Shown here: positions 10,339 to 21,849 of the stretch, piece after piece | Numbering within the stretch: the first letter of the stretch is position 1 | Layout of the letters: each line of letters starts with the position of its first letter | Program-made: the position numbers and the translations under genes | Source of the DNA: Candidatus Methanomethylicia archaeon | GTDB lineage: Archaea; Thermoproteota; Methanomethylicia; Culexarchaeales; Culexarchaeaceae | Direction: 5' to 3' | Length of the DNA: 64,000 nucleotides | Assembly: GCA_038727515.1 (NCBI GenBank) | Contig: JAVYVS010000003.1 | Coordinates: 128,001-192,000 of the forward strand | The notes under the pieces: model-generated | What the model was told of the DNA's origin: nothing | Database searches by the model: none | What the model saw: the letters and a program-made list of their open reading frames with translations, nothing else

Positions 10339-10450
10339 TAATGTTAAATATGATTATATGATAATAAGTCATCTCTTGCTTTCTCCCACTCATATTGTCA
10401 TGACGACAACATGATTATCGTCATACTGTCGATAATCATATTTAACATTA
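10339..10450. repeat. Perfect 19-bp inverted repeat bounding a 112-bp element
   Basis: TAATGTTAAATATGATTAT (10339-10357) and ATAATCATATTTAACATTA (10432-10450). Confidence 0.85.
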
Positions 10451-10540
10451 TCCAGACAGAACCAAGAATTAAATCACAAAGCTTATAAACTTTAATTTTC
10501 GACAGTATGAAAGAAATAATTTAGGGTAGAGGGTTTTTCG

Positions 10541-11941
10541 ATGAGTGTTCATTATAATGAGCGTTGGGCTCAGGGCGTCGTTTTGCAGTGGATTAATGAA
10601 GTTATTCGTGATTTTGGGGTTGGTTTAGTTAGGGCTGGTCAGAAGGTTCAGATGAGGGGCAGACAAAATTTGAGGCTGAGCAATGAAAGATTCTTTGAAG
10701 TAGCAAAGTATTGGGTGCTGCCCTTAATTTTAGGCTCAATAATTAGCTTAGCCATATTCCTCCTTGTCTACATTTACAAACTGCTAAATTATGCTTCATT
10801 TATTATTGTAAACTGGAATTCTTCATTTCTTTTAGCCTCAACAATTGTTGCACTCCTCGGAGGATATTTAACAATAAGACTGTTGGCGGAAAATAAAGAG
10901 TGCGGTTGCGGAACAGAACTTGTAATTGAAAGATACCATTTCAAAAACGGCTTTGTTAGCTTAAGAGATACCATAAGCAGAACTTTAGCTTCTGCGATAA
11001 CCATAGGTTTTGGTGGAAGCGCCGGATTAGAGGGGCCAAGTCTTTTGTTAGGTGGAGGAATCTCTTCTTTTATCGCTAGAAGGCTAAAGTTGGATCAAAA
11101 AGATGTAAAAACACTGTTTCTATGTGGAGCAGCAGCGGGATTTTCAGCGATCTTTAAGGCTCCATTGACGGGGATATTATTTGCCCTTGAAATACCTTAC
11201 AAGAGAGATGTTGAAACCGAGGTTTTTATTCCAGCATCTATTGCTTCTGTTACCGCCTATTTTACGTCCGCCATAACCCTTGGAACAGAAACCGTTTTTC
11301 CAACTCCAACATTTATTATACCAACTCTTTCCACCCTTATGCATGCAATTTTTCTAGGAATCCTAGCGGCGTTAGTTGCGTTGGCATTCATGGAAGCCCT
11401 TGAAAGAACAAACATCATAAGCAAACAGCTTGCCAGCAGACTTCCAATGTTGCTTATGACAATATTTGCTGGATTAATTCTTGGTTTTATGGGCTTGTTT
11501 TACCCTGAAGCACTTGGGCTAGGTTACGATTTCATTCACAAAATCACAATAGCCGGATTAGGAGAATTAACTTTGACAAATTTGACCGCACTTTTGATTT
11601 TAAAAATTGTAGCCACAAGCGTAACACTGAATTTCGGTGGAAACGGGGGGCTATTCATTCCATCGCTTTATGTTGGCGGCGCACTTGGGCTCATTTACGC
11701 ACAAACTTTGAACCTTGAGACGCCTGCTTTATATGTCATATTGTCAATGGCTGCAGTGCTGGCTGCGACGAGCAAAAGCCTTTTGACAAGTATAACTCTG
11801 GTTGCTGAAACTATGGGTCCAAGCTTTATAATCCCCACAGTTGTTTCCGCTGCTGTCAGCTATTTTCTTACGGGAAGCAGATCATTCTATAGAAGTCAAC
11901 TTGTGAATAAATTGCAGCAAGGCATGCTAGGATGTTGCTAA
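10541..11941 (+). CDS. ClC/EriC-family chloride channel protein (true start may be the TTG near 10670)
   Basis: GFGGSAGLEGP, CGAAAGFSAIFKAPLTGILFALE, GGNGGLFIP signatures; multi-TM; no CBS domain. Confidence 0.9.
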   Translation: MSVHYNERWAQGVVLQWINEVIRDFGVGLVRAGQKVQMRGRQNLRLSNERFFEVAKYWVLPLILGSIISLAIFLLVYIYKLLNYASFIIVNWNSSFLLASTIVALLGGYLTIRLLAENKECGCGTELVIERYHFKNGFVSLRDTISRTLASAITIGFGGSAGLEGPSLLLGGGISSFIARRLKLDQKDVKTLFLCGAAAGFSAIFKAPLTGILFALEIPYKRDVETEVFIPASIASVTAYFTSAITLGTETVFPTPTFIIPTLSTLMHAIFLGILAALVALAFMEALERTNIISKQLASRLPMLLMTIFAGLILGFMGLFYPEALGLGYDFIHKITIAGLGELTLTNLTALLILKIVATSVTLNFGGNGGLFIPSLYVGGALGLIYAQTLNLETPALYVILSMAAVLAATSKSLLTSITLVAETMGPSFIIPTVVSAAVSYFLTGSRSFYRSQLVNKLQQGMLGCC

Positions 11942-11962
11942 ATTGATGTTTTCTTGTTTATT

Positions 11963-12525
11963 TTATGTGAGGGTTGCTATTGCCCTTATTTTGTCTGGTT
12001 TCCCAAGTTTTATGGCTGCTAAAGCTGTAAGCAGCATGGCTAAGATGCATAGTAAAGCGTGAACTAGTATGTTTCTTAAGCCTCTAACCTTGTGGTTTTC
12101 TAGGCTTAAATGCTGCTTGAGCCTTGAAATAGCCCTTTCAGCTGAAGCCTTAAAGGCATAAAGTCTCTTCAGCCTTTCAGGACCATGAGTCCTAAAGCTT
12201 TTGTCAACGCGTAGAAACTCAGCTTCAACAGGCTTCTGATTTGAAGGATATGGTATTACAGATTTTACTCCATAACTGACTATGCATCTCCTAAGCTTTT
12301 GGCTTGAATACTGAGAATCGGCAACAAAAACCTTCATTTGGCCATTAGAGGCTTTAATGGCTTTCTTCAGCAGTTTTGAAGCATGTTTCTTCTCGTTTTC
12401 ATTCGCAGGAGCAGCCAAGACGGCTAATGGAAGCTCTGAATTGGCGTCTACGGCTAAATGAAGCTTATAGCCAAGCCTATAGGTTTTACCGGCTCTACCA
12501 ACCCTAGCCTCCGGATCAGAGTATC
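11963..12525 (-). pseudogene. 5'-truncated DDE transposase (IS5/IS1182-like, DDE_Tnp_1)
   Basis: SDPEARVG, GYKLHLAVD, ADSQYSS, AERAISRLK; the N-terminus with the first catalytic Asp is missing. Confidence 0.8.
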
Positions 12526-12744
12526 CCTTCAAGGATATGCCCAAACTGCGGAGAAGTTAATACAGTGCTAACTCACTTCTGCAAAAAATGCAACTTCCTC
12601 TTGGATTTAAGCCTAGCATGGAAAGAAAAGGATGAGGCTGTAGCTAAAGTTTTAGAGGTTTTAAAGCAAGATAATTGGTTTGTCGAAAAGGTGAAGAAAA
12701 TAATTAAAGAGCTAGGATTGGAGAGAAAATTCAAGGAGGTTTAA
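12526..12744 (+). pseudogene. C-terminal zinc-ribbon remnant of a tyrosine integrase
   Basis: Not in the ORF track: PSRICPNCGEVNTVLTHFCKKCNFLLDL...KFKEV*, a CxxC-x10-CxxC tail typical of archaeal integrases; no start codon. Confidence 0.6.
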
Positions 12745-12809
12745 ATCTATAAAGAAAAACTTGCAATCTATGAGCAAGCTATTTATTCTCTATGCTTAAG
12801 AAAATTCAA

Positions 12810-13786
12810 TACGCCTAATGGAATCATTGCTAACAAAGACGTTTTAGAGGAAGACTATATTCCCGAAGGCATTCCTTGTAGGGAAGTTCAGAAGAAGGAG
12901 TTGGCTTTTTGCCTTTCTCCTGCTGAAAAGGAAAGAAAGCCCTTTGATTGTTTATGTCATGGAAAGCCTGGGACAGGTAAGACTGCCTTAGTTAAATATG
13001 TTCTTCGCCAACTTAGCGAAAGTACGGATGCTTTTGCATTTTACGTGAACTGTTGGGAGAATAGGACTTTAAATCAAGTTTTGGATGAACTTCTTAGACA
13101 AGCTCAACTACCAATTGTTGAGGCAAGCCATTCAGTCAAGCTTAGTGGGTTAAAGAAAAAGATTGGAAGCAAAGCTTGCGTTATAGCATTAGATGAAATT
13201 GATAAGCTCGATAGAAAAGAACTTAACGATATCCTTTACTTGCTGAAAGAGGTTGGAAGAGTCGGTCTAATATGCATATCCAATACGAGAAAGTATTTGC
13301 TTAACCTAGATCCAAGAGTTGATTCTAGGCTTAGCTTCAACTCGATAAACTTCCCCCCATACTCTAATGAAGAACTTATGGCAATTCTAAAGCATAGGAT
13401 AGTTGATTGTAAGGCATTATATCCTAATACTTGGTCAAAAGAAGTCCTTGAACGCATAACTGACTTAGCTTGCGGAGAATAGAACAAGAATTAGTTTGGA
13501 GGATGTTAAGAAGGCGTATGAGGAAGTTAAGGATATTAAGAGGAAGTATCTTCTAGAAAAGCTAGGAGAACATCATAAGCTGATTTATGAAATTGTAAAG
13601 AAAAATCCTAGCATAACATCAAGCGAGTTTTACGAAGTCTATAAGAAAGAAGTAAAAGAGCACGGACTAAATCCAAAGTCAGACAGGACATTTAACAATT
13701 ACATTAATGAATTGATTGAATTAGGATATCTGAAAGTTGATAGGGCTAAAACTAGAGGAAATATAAGATTATTTAACGTAGTTTGA
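12810..13786 (+). pseudogene. cdc6: Orc1/Cdc6-family initiator pseudogene, split into AAA+ part (to 13482) and wHTH part (13496-13786)
   Basis: VLEEDYIP..IPCRE, Walker A GKPGTGKT, YVNCWE, Walker B LDEID, LDPRVDSRL, FPPYS; internal deletion/frameshift near 13480; start codon lost. Confidence 0.85.
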
Positions 13787-13799
13787 ATAAACACTTTCA

Positions 13800-14040
13800 A
13801 TTTCTTCTACCATCAAGTTCAATTTATCCTCTTTGGAGTTACTAATCAAATTGGTTTCAATAATAACTGAAGGAGATATAAGAGTTGGATTAGAAATTTT
13901 GAGAAAATTTGGAGCTGAAAAGAAAGCTGAAGATAAGAACTTGAGAAAAATTACGATGGAAGAGATAAAGCAAGCCGCAAACAGAACTCCAGCAACATAT
14001 ATAAGTTCTTTAGCTGAAGATGACTCTAAAAAACTTCAAC
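13800..14040 (+). pseudogene. Second Orc1/Cdc6 remnant (lid/sensor-2 region)
   Basis: TIKF..SLELL.., GDIRVGLEILRK..AE...LRKITMEEIK matches the Cdc6 GDxRxAxxxL..AE..I..E.V lid. Confidence 0.55.
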
Positions 14041-14044
14041 TTTT

Positions 14045-14552
14045 ATGGATAAGTTAAGACTTCTAATACCAATTGTTCAGAGTGTGATAAAACCGCTTGA
14101 TCATCTTTCAATTGCACTTCAAAGATACAACGATTCCCTGTTTAAGACGGATCCAATTGAAGGGCTTACTTATACCATTATGGGCTTGGAAGCATTGTTC
14201 CTTAAATCGCTAGAGCATGAAGAATTAGAACATAGATTAGCACAACGAGCTGCTAAATGTCTCAGTATAATTGGTTACCAACAACTAGAAGTATACAACA
14301 TCATAAAGCAGTCCTACGATGTAAGAAGCGAGTTCATTCACGGCTATTTAGTAAGCGAAGAAAAACGTCTCGATGCAAGTAAACTATGTGATAAAATCGT
14401 TGAATTCTTGCGAAGTTCTGTTATCGTATTCATGCAATTAAAAGAAAAGGTTGAAAAGAGAGCTTTTTGAGCAAGATTGATAGTGCTATGCTTTATCAAG
14501 ATGCGCTGACAAAATTAGAAAAGCTAATAGAAGAAGATTGTTTGATTAAATA
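14045..14552 (+). pseudogene. HEPN-domain protein (Apea-like), probably N-truncated and frameshifted near the C-terminus
   Basis: MGLEALF...L..RLAQRAA...YDVRSEFIHG (Rx4H); a second frame continues ..SFLSKIDSAMLY...CLIK*. Confidence 0.65.
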
Positions 14553-14820
14553 AGCGAACTATAGGAAACATAGATTCTTTCGACTCTATCCTCATTATTA
14601 ATGATGCGAAAATGTGAACGAGGATATGAGCCCATCTCCAGGCACCATACTTAAAGATTAAAATAAGCCAGAATCGCTTTTAGGACTCGCACCTAATTGA
14701 GTATAGATACCACCGGGCCCGCTATCTTTTCTATATTAGGCATTTTTATGTAGTATTTGATATCAATATTCTTAAACGGTTTATAATTAAAGCAATTGAA
14801 TTTACGTTTATTGATCGCAC

Positions 14821-15966
14821 TTATGATTTTTTAAGTATTTCATTCATTTCTTCTATGTATTTTGACCCTTCATTTTTAAAGTATTTTATGGCAGGTTTAA
14901 GTATTTCTATGAGTTTAGTTGCAACGAAAGATTTTAGATCCAATGGATGAATTTCCCCTTTACGATATGCTTCTTCCAACTCATGGAAATTTTGATAAAC
15001 TTTACGCTCATTTGTTTTTTGATTTAAAATTTCTATTTTATCTTCTTTTAAATGTCTTATAATCACATATTTTAATAACTCTAAAGGAGGGTTATATAGA
15101 ATTTCTTTGGGAGGGCAAAATGCGTTAAAGATTTTTCGCTTTATAGTATCTTCATCATCATGTATAAAAATTGCACTTTCTGGTTTTGATTTAGACATTT
15201 TGACTTCGATTAATTTATCTTCAATTAGTTCACTATTGTCAGATCTGTTTGCATTGATTAAGTCTAAGTAATCTTCTTTTTTAATATTTAGCCCCACCAA
15301 TATATGATGATGTAAAGCTATTGGCTTATATCCAAATGTTTTTTCTCCTATTTCAATAGCAATAATATGGGCTTTCCGTTGATCCATTCCTCCATGAGCA
15401 AGATTTACATTAAGTGAAAAAATATCTGCGACTTGCATAACAGGATATAGGAAATCAGAAAAATGTAAAGCTTCTTCTTTTCTTCTTCCCATTATTGATA
15501 TAGAGCGTCTGATTCTTGAAAAAGTTGTATTCATGGACACCTTTATAACATTTTCCAAATAAGAGAGTTCCATCTTCCCATAAAGATCTGAACCAAGGAT
15601 AAAATCGGTTTTTTCAGGATCCCCCCCAGAAATTTTAAGAGAGATTTTTAATGCTTCCTTAAAATACCCTCCCGCAACTTTTCTTATGGTGTCAAGATCT
15701 CCATTAAGTTTTCTATTTATCCATGAGTGATAATCTGCAAGGAAAACTGTGGTTTTTATACCGACTTTCTGTAGATCTGCGACTTTTTGCATGCACATCA
15801 ATCCAGTGCCTATGTGTACGAACCCTGAAATTTCAAGACCAATATAGTGTTTTAATGGTATTCCCAATTCAATATAATCTGCTAATCTTTCCTCAGTCAA
15901 TATTTCTTCCGTTGGAGGCAATTTTGCATAATGAAGAATCAAGTCTTTGTCCATTACTGCCCTCAT
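14821..15966 (-). CDS. tyrS: Tyrosine--tRNA ligase
   Basis: YIGLEISGFVHIG, ADYHS, YPVMQVADI, GGMDQRKAH, KMSKS. Confidence 0.95.
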   Translation of the reverse strand: MRAVMDKDLILHYAKLPPTEEILTEERLADYIELGIPLKHYIGLEISGFVHIGTGLMCMQKVADLQKVGIKTTVFLADYHSWINRKLNGDLDTIRKVAGGYFKEALKISLKISGGDPEKTDFILGSDLYGKMELSYLENVIKVSMNTTFSRIRRSISIMGRRKEEALHFSDFLYPVMQVADIFSLNVNLAHGGMDQRKAHIIAIEIGEKTFGYKPIALHHHILVGLNIKKEDYLDLINANRSDNSELIEDKLIEVKMSKSKPESAIFIHDDEDTIKRKIFNAFCPPKEILYNPPLELLKYVIIRHLKEDKIEILNQKTNERKVYQNFHELEEAYRKGEIHPLDLKSFVATKLIEILKPAIKYFKNEGSKYIEEMNEILKKS

Positions 15967-16046
15967 AATAGTTTAAAATTAAACAAGGATAAGAGTTTTT
16001 TGTTATGTTATTATCATTATTTTATCGTTGTAATAATATTTATGAT

Positions 16047-16466
16047 TTAACTCTCTATCATGAATATTATCTGTATAGGATCTTTCGATCTTCTTATATG
16101 TGAAATCAAATTTCTATTGATATCACATGCTGCCTTACTTGCATTTATCAAAAGGGTTCTAGGACATACATAGTTGCTTTTTCTAATAACAATACTTACG
16201 TCATCACTTAGCGTTAAACGTGGATCCCCATAGCCAATTAAATGATCTTCAAAATTTCCAGCTTTAAGTATTACTTTCACCAAAACTTTACCCTTTAATG
16301 CTTCCTTAAATTTTTCAGAAAAATCCTTACAGGCTTTATTTGCTCTAATACCAATTATACAGTCTCCTTTTTTAGTCAATATACTTTCCTTTGTGATTTC
16401 AAAGGTAGATTTATGAGTAGCAACTATATTTGGATGCCCGTATGCGATGACTTCTTCAATGATCAT
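16047..16466 (-). CDS. DUF371 family protein
   Basis: GHPNIVATHKSTFEITKE..LT..GDCIIG, IRKS. Confidence 0.85.
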   Translation of the reverse strand: MIIEEVIAYGHPNIVATHKSTFEITKESILTKKGDCIIGIRANKACKDFSEKFKEALKGKVLVKVILKAGNFEDHLIGYGDPRLTLSDDVSIVIRKSNYVCPRTLLINASKAACDINRNLISHIRRSKDPIQIIFMIES

Positions 16467-16570
16467 ACTAGTTTTATTTTATAAATTGAAAAAATAAATT
16501 TTCACTTCTAACATGGTAAAAAGTTATTAAAATTTAATAATCAAGACTGGAATATAATAATTAGTATAAA

Positions 16571-17263
16571 ATGGCTATTAAAAAATCATTCGAAAATGAG
16601 AGAAAAGAACTTGTTAGGAAATTAATAATGGAAGGTGTATTGAAAACTTCAAACGTGATAAGAGCGATGTTAACGGTTCCGAGAGAAGAATTCGTACCAC
16701 AAAAATATAGAGATTTAGCATACATAGATTCACCGCTACCTACATTAGAAGGACAAACAATATCTGCACCTCATATGGTGGCAATAATGTGCGAATTATT
16801 AATGATGGATGTAGGTATGAAAGTATTGGAAGTGGGTGGAGGATCCGGATATCATGCAGCAGTTTGTGCAGAAATAGTTGCACCTAAGGAAGCGCCACGT
16901 GAAAATTGGGGGCATGTATACAGTATTGAAAGAATACCAGCTTTGGTTGAATTTGCAAGACAGAATTTGAAAAGGTGTGGATATGATGATAGAGTGGACA
17001 TAATTCTTGGTGATGGAACATTGGGATATCCAAAAGCCGCCCCCTTTGATAGAATACTTGTTACAGCTGCAGCACCAGATATTCCAGAACCCTTAATAAA
17101 TCAATTGAAATGTGGAGGTATAATGGTTATACCTGTTGGTGGAACATTCTATCAAGAATTAATTGTTTGTATTAAAAGAGAAAATGGGAAAATAACGAAA
17201 CATAGTGCTGGAGGATGTGTATTTGTACCATTAATTGGGAAATATGGATGGAAGAAAAGCTAA
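16571..17263 (+). CDS. pcm: Protein-L-isoaspartate O-methyltransferase
   Basis: VPREEFV, GQTISAPHMVA, LEVGGGSGY, APFDRILVTAA, FVPLIG. Confidence 0.95.
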   Translation: MAIKKSFENERKELVRKLIMEGVLKTSNVIRAMLTVPREEFVPQKYRDLAYIDSPLPTLEGQTISAPHMVAIMCELLMMDVGMKVLEVGGGSGYHAAVCAEIVAPKEAPRENWGHVYSIERIPALVEFARQNLKRCGYDDRVDIILGDGTLGYPKAAPFDRILVTAAAPDIPEPLINQLKCGGIMVIPVGGTFYQELIVCIKRENGKITKHSAGGCVFVPLIGKYGWKKS

Positions 17264-18306
17264 TTAAACCATCTTTTTAAAGTGGTTTGTTTAGATCTTT
17301 CTTCATAAATCTTTAGTACTTTATCAAGAGCTTTTTCAACTCTTTCTATTGAAAAATCATATTCTTCACATAGTATTTGTATAACTTTGTCTTTATTTGG
17401 TTTTTTCCACGTTAGGATATAGTCAGTAGTAACTTGTGGGTTTAAGAATAAATCTTTTATTTTGAAGGGATCTATTGGAAAAATTGCTTTATCTCCAAGA
17501 TATTCAAGTATTTTTGAGAAATTGGGGAATTGTTTAATAAGTTTTAATGCGGTTTTTGGTCCAATACCTTCGATCCCATCTGGATTGTAATCCGTTCCCA
17601 TTAATATGCCAATTTCAATGAGTTGATCTCTGGTTATATTTAATTGTGTAAGTAGTTTGACTAGATGTATTATTTCAGGTTTAACTTCTACGTAAACATC
17701 TTTTCTAGGAAGTTTTCTTTTACCACTAATAGTTAAATTTCTTAATAATCTAGGGGACCCAAAAAGTAGGGAATCATAATCTTGACTAGCAGTTGCCCAT
17801 GCATCACCTTTTTGAACCATGTATGCGCTTTGCGCTTCACCTTCTGAGGGGGCTTGAACCCAAGGTACACCTAATGCATCTAAAAGTGTTTTAGCTTCAT
17901 TAACCATATCCTCAGTTAATTGCGCCATTTGTTGAGCAAAAATACGAGCACTCTTGATATCACCAGATCTTATTGCTTCTTCGTATTTTTTAGCAGCTTC
18001 CTCCTTTCTTCGCTTCCTAGTTAATATCTCGATCTCTTTAAGTTCAGGAGGCTTTCCATCAAATACATAAGCTACCTTTATTTGAAGTTCTAATAAGTTT
18101 ATAGTCCTATAAAAAAGGCCGCTTAAATGACTTGTTATTCTGCCTTTACTATCTCTTAAGGGGGTGCCATCTGGTTGTCGAATGGTGGCAAGAAACTGAT
18201 ATAAAGCATTATACCCGTCTACTACGATAACTTTGTCTTTTAAAGAGGTTAATTCAATTTCTTCTATAGCTTCTTTTGGTATAATATCTCTTAAATCTAT
18301 TCCCAC
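17260..18306 (-). CDS. fen: Flap endonuclease 1
   Basis: DGYNALYQFL, VFDG, APSEGEAQ, SQDYDSLLFG, GTDYN, C-terminal PIP box QTTLKRWF. Confidence 0.97.
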   Translation of the reverse strand: MGIDLRDIIPKEAIEEIELTSLKDKVIVVDGYNALYQFLATIRQPDGTPLRDSKGRITSHLSGLFYRTINLLELQIKVAYVFDGKPPELKEIEILTRKRRKEEAAKKYEEAIRSGDIKSARIFAQQMAQLTEDMVNEAKTLLDALGVPWVQAPSEGEAQSAYMVQKGDAWATASQDYDSLLFGSPRLLRNLTISGKRKLPRKDVYVEVKPEIIHLVKLLTQLNITRDQLIEIGILMGTDYNPDGIEGIGPKTALKLIKQFPNFSKILEYLGDKAIFPIDPFKIKDLFLNPQVTTDYILTWKKPNKDKVIQILCEEYDFSIERVEKALDKVLKIYEERSKQTTLKRWFN

Positions 18307-18312
18307 AGTTTA

Positions 18313-18561
18313 TTACCCTGCAGCTAAACTTATAATCTTTTGCCCTTTTCTACCTGAAGATACGTTTATTTTCCCCCATAATTCTAGTTTTATAAGAGCT
18401 TTAATAAACTGGTTATATGAAAAATTACTGCCACTTTGTTTAATCTTATCGTATAATTCAGTTTCATCAAATGCCTTCTTAGGAGCCTTGTAAAGAAGGG
18501 ACATTATTACTAATTCTAGTGGTTCACTTGTCCATATAGAATTTTTATCTACTTTATCCAT
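18313..18561 (-). CDS. Small winged-helix-like hypothetical protein
   Basis: 82-aa ORF between cdc48 and fen; FIKALIKLELWGKINV wHTH-like pattern. Confidence 0.65.
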   Translation of the reverse strand: MDKVDKNSIWTSEPLELVIMSLLYKAPKKAFDETELYDKIKQSGSNFSYNQFIKALIKLELWGKINVSSGRKGQKIISLAAG

Positions 18562-18570
18562 AGCTTTCCC

Positions 18571-20805
<2,235 letters not shown>

Positions 20806-20883
20806 TTATTTGTTTGTTATGTAAGTTTGTAGATTGATAGCAAGAAATCATCGATGTTACTCTTTAACCTTTAAACAAGTCTA

Positions 20884-21153
20884 CTATATTCTGCTAACAT
20901 ATTCAACCTCTACTTGACTAACGTTAGGTATTTTACTTATAGCATCTTCAATAGAAGATGTGCCACCTTGTGTTTCTTCAGGCATAACTAAGGCTATTTT
21001 TAGCACATTAATACCAAAGGCAATAGGTTCCTTTACATAACTGCCTAAAACTACCCCTATGGGCAAAACCTCTTTTATTTCAGCTACTAATTGGTCTAAG
21101 TTTACATCTATAGAGGAGGGATACACTTTCAATAAGACATATACTTTCCCCAA
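20884..21153 (-). CDS. ef1b: Translation elongation factor aEF-1 beta
   Basis: KVYP...., EPIAFG...L, VSQVEV; probable TTG start at 21153. Confidence 0.9.
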   Translation of the reverse strand: MGKVYVLLKVYPSSIDVNLDQLVAEIKEVLPIGVVLGSYVKEPIAFGINVLKIALVMPEETQGGTSSIEDAISKIPNVSQVEVEYVSRI

Positions 21154-21169
21154 GAAGACCACCTTAAGT

Positions 21170-21361
21170 TTAGGGACCTTCAAATCCACAATTAGGGCAA
21201 CGATATGTATTAGCTAGTTTTCTACATCGTTTATCTCTCCATAATGTGTAACCACAATTTGGACAAGGGAAACTGACACCTTTCTCAAGTGGTAATATAG
21301 GATATTTACATGAGACGCAAATAGGCAATTTTAGTTGCGTGTTTTCAGCCATAGTTTTCAC
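21170..21361 (-). CDS. Zn-ribbon protein (DUF1610 / HVO_2753-like)
   Basis: CVSC...FPCPNCG...R...CR...Y.CPNCGFEGP; conserved neighbour of ef1b. Confidence 0.88.
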   Translation of the reverse strand: MKTMAENTQLKLPICVSCKYPILPLEKGVSFPCPNCGYTLWRDKRCRKLANTYRCPNCGFEGP

Positions 21362-21439
21362 TCTTCTCGTACCTTCCCTTTATATGTAACTTGCCAATAA
21401 AAATTTTACTATCAAAATTAGAAAGTAACATTTTATAAA

Positions 21440-21832
21440 ATGTTTTTATTTAAATGTAAAGAGATGTTGAGTATGATTGATGATATTAAACAAGTTATAG
21501 TCATTAGAAGCGATTTGAAAATAAGCATAGGCAAAATAGCTGTACAGGTGGCGCATGCTGCAGTAAGTGCATCAGAAAAAGCTAAAAAAGAAGAATACAA
21601 CTGGTGGGAAAAATGGATGAAAAGTGGTCAAAAGAAGATTGTATTGAAAGTTAGTAGCGAAGAAGAACTAGTGGAACTATACAATAAATCATTGTCAGCA
21701 AGGCTTCCAGTAGCATTAATTTATGATGCAGGATTAACAGAGCTCCCTCCAAATACGCTTACTTGTTTAGGCATAGGACCTGCACCTTCTAATTTAATAG
21801 ATAAAGTAACAGGCCATTTACCATTACTATAA
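21440..21832 (+). CDS. pth2: Peptidyl-tRNA hydrolase Pth2
   Basis: KQVIVIRSDL, GKIAVQVAHA, DAGLTE, GIGP, TGHLPLL. Confidence 0.95.
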   Translation: MFLFKCKEMLSMIDDIKQVIVIRSDLKISIGKIAVQVAHAAVSASEKAKKEEYNWWEKWMKSGQKKIVLKVSSEEELVELYNKSLSARLPVALIYDAGLTELPPNTLTCLGIGPAPSNLIDKVTGHLPLL

Positions 21833-21849
21833 GGAGAAAGAGAAGTAAG

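Larger units (their letters stand above)
9232..14722. mobile_element. Decayed integrative island at tRNA-Arg(CCT)
   Basis: tRNA 3' end CCACCGGGCCCGC (9232-9244) repeated at 14710-14722; contains integrase, Cdc6 and transposase remnants; looks more GC-rich than the flanks. Confidence 0.8.
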
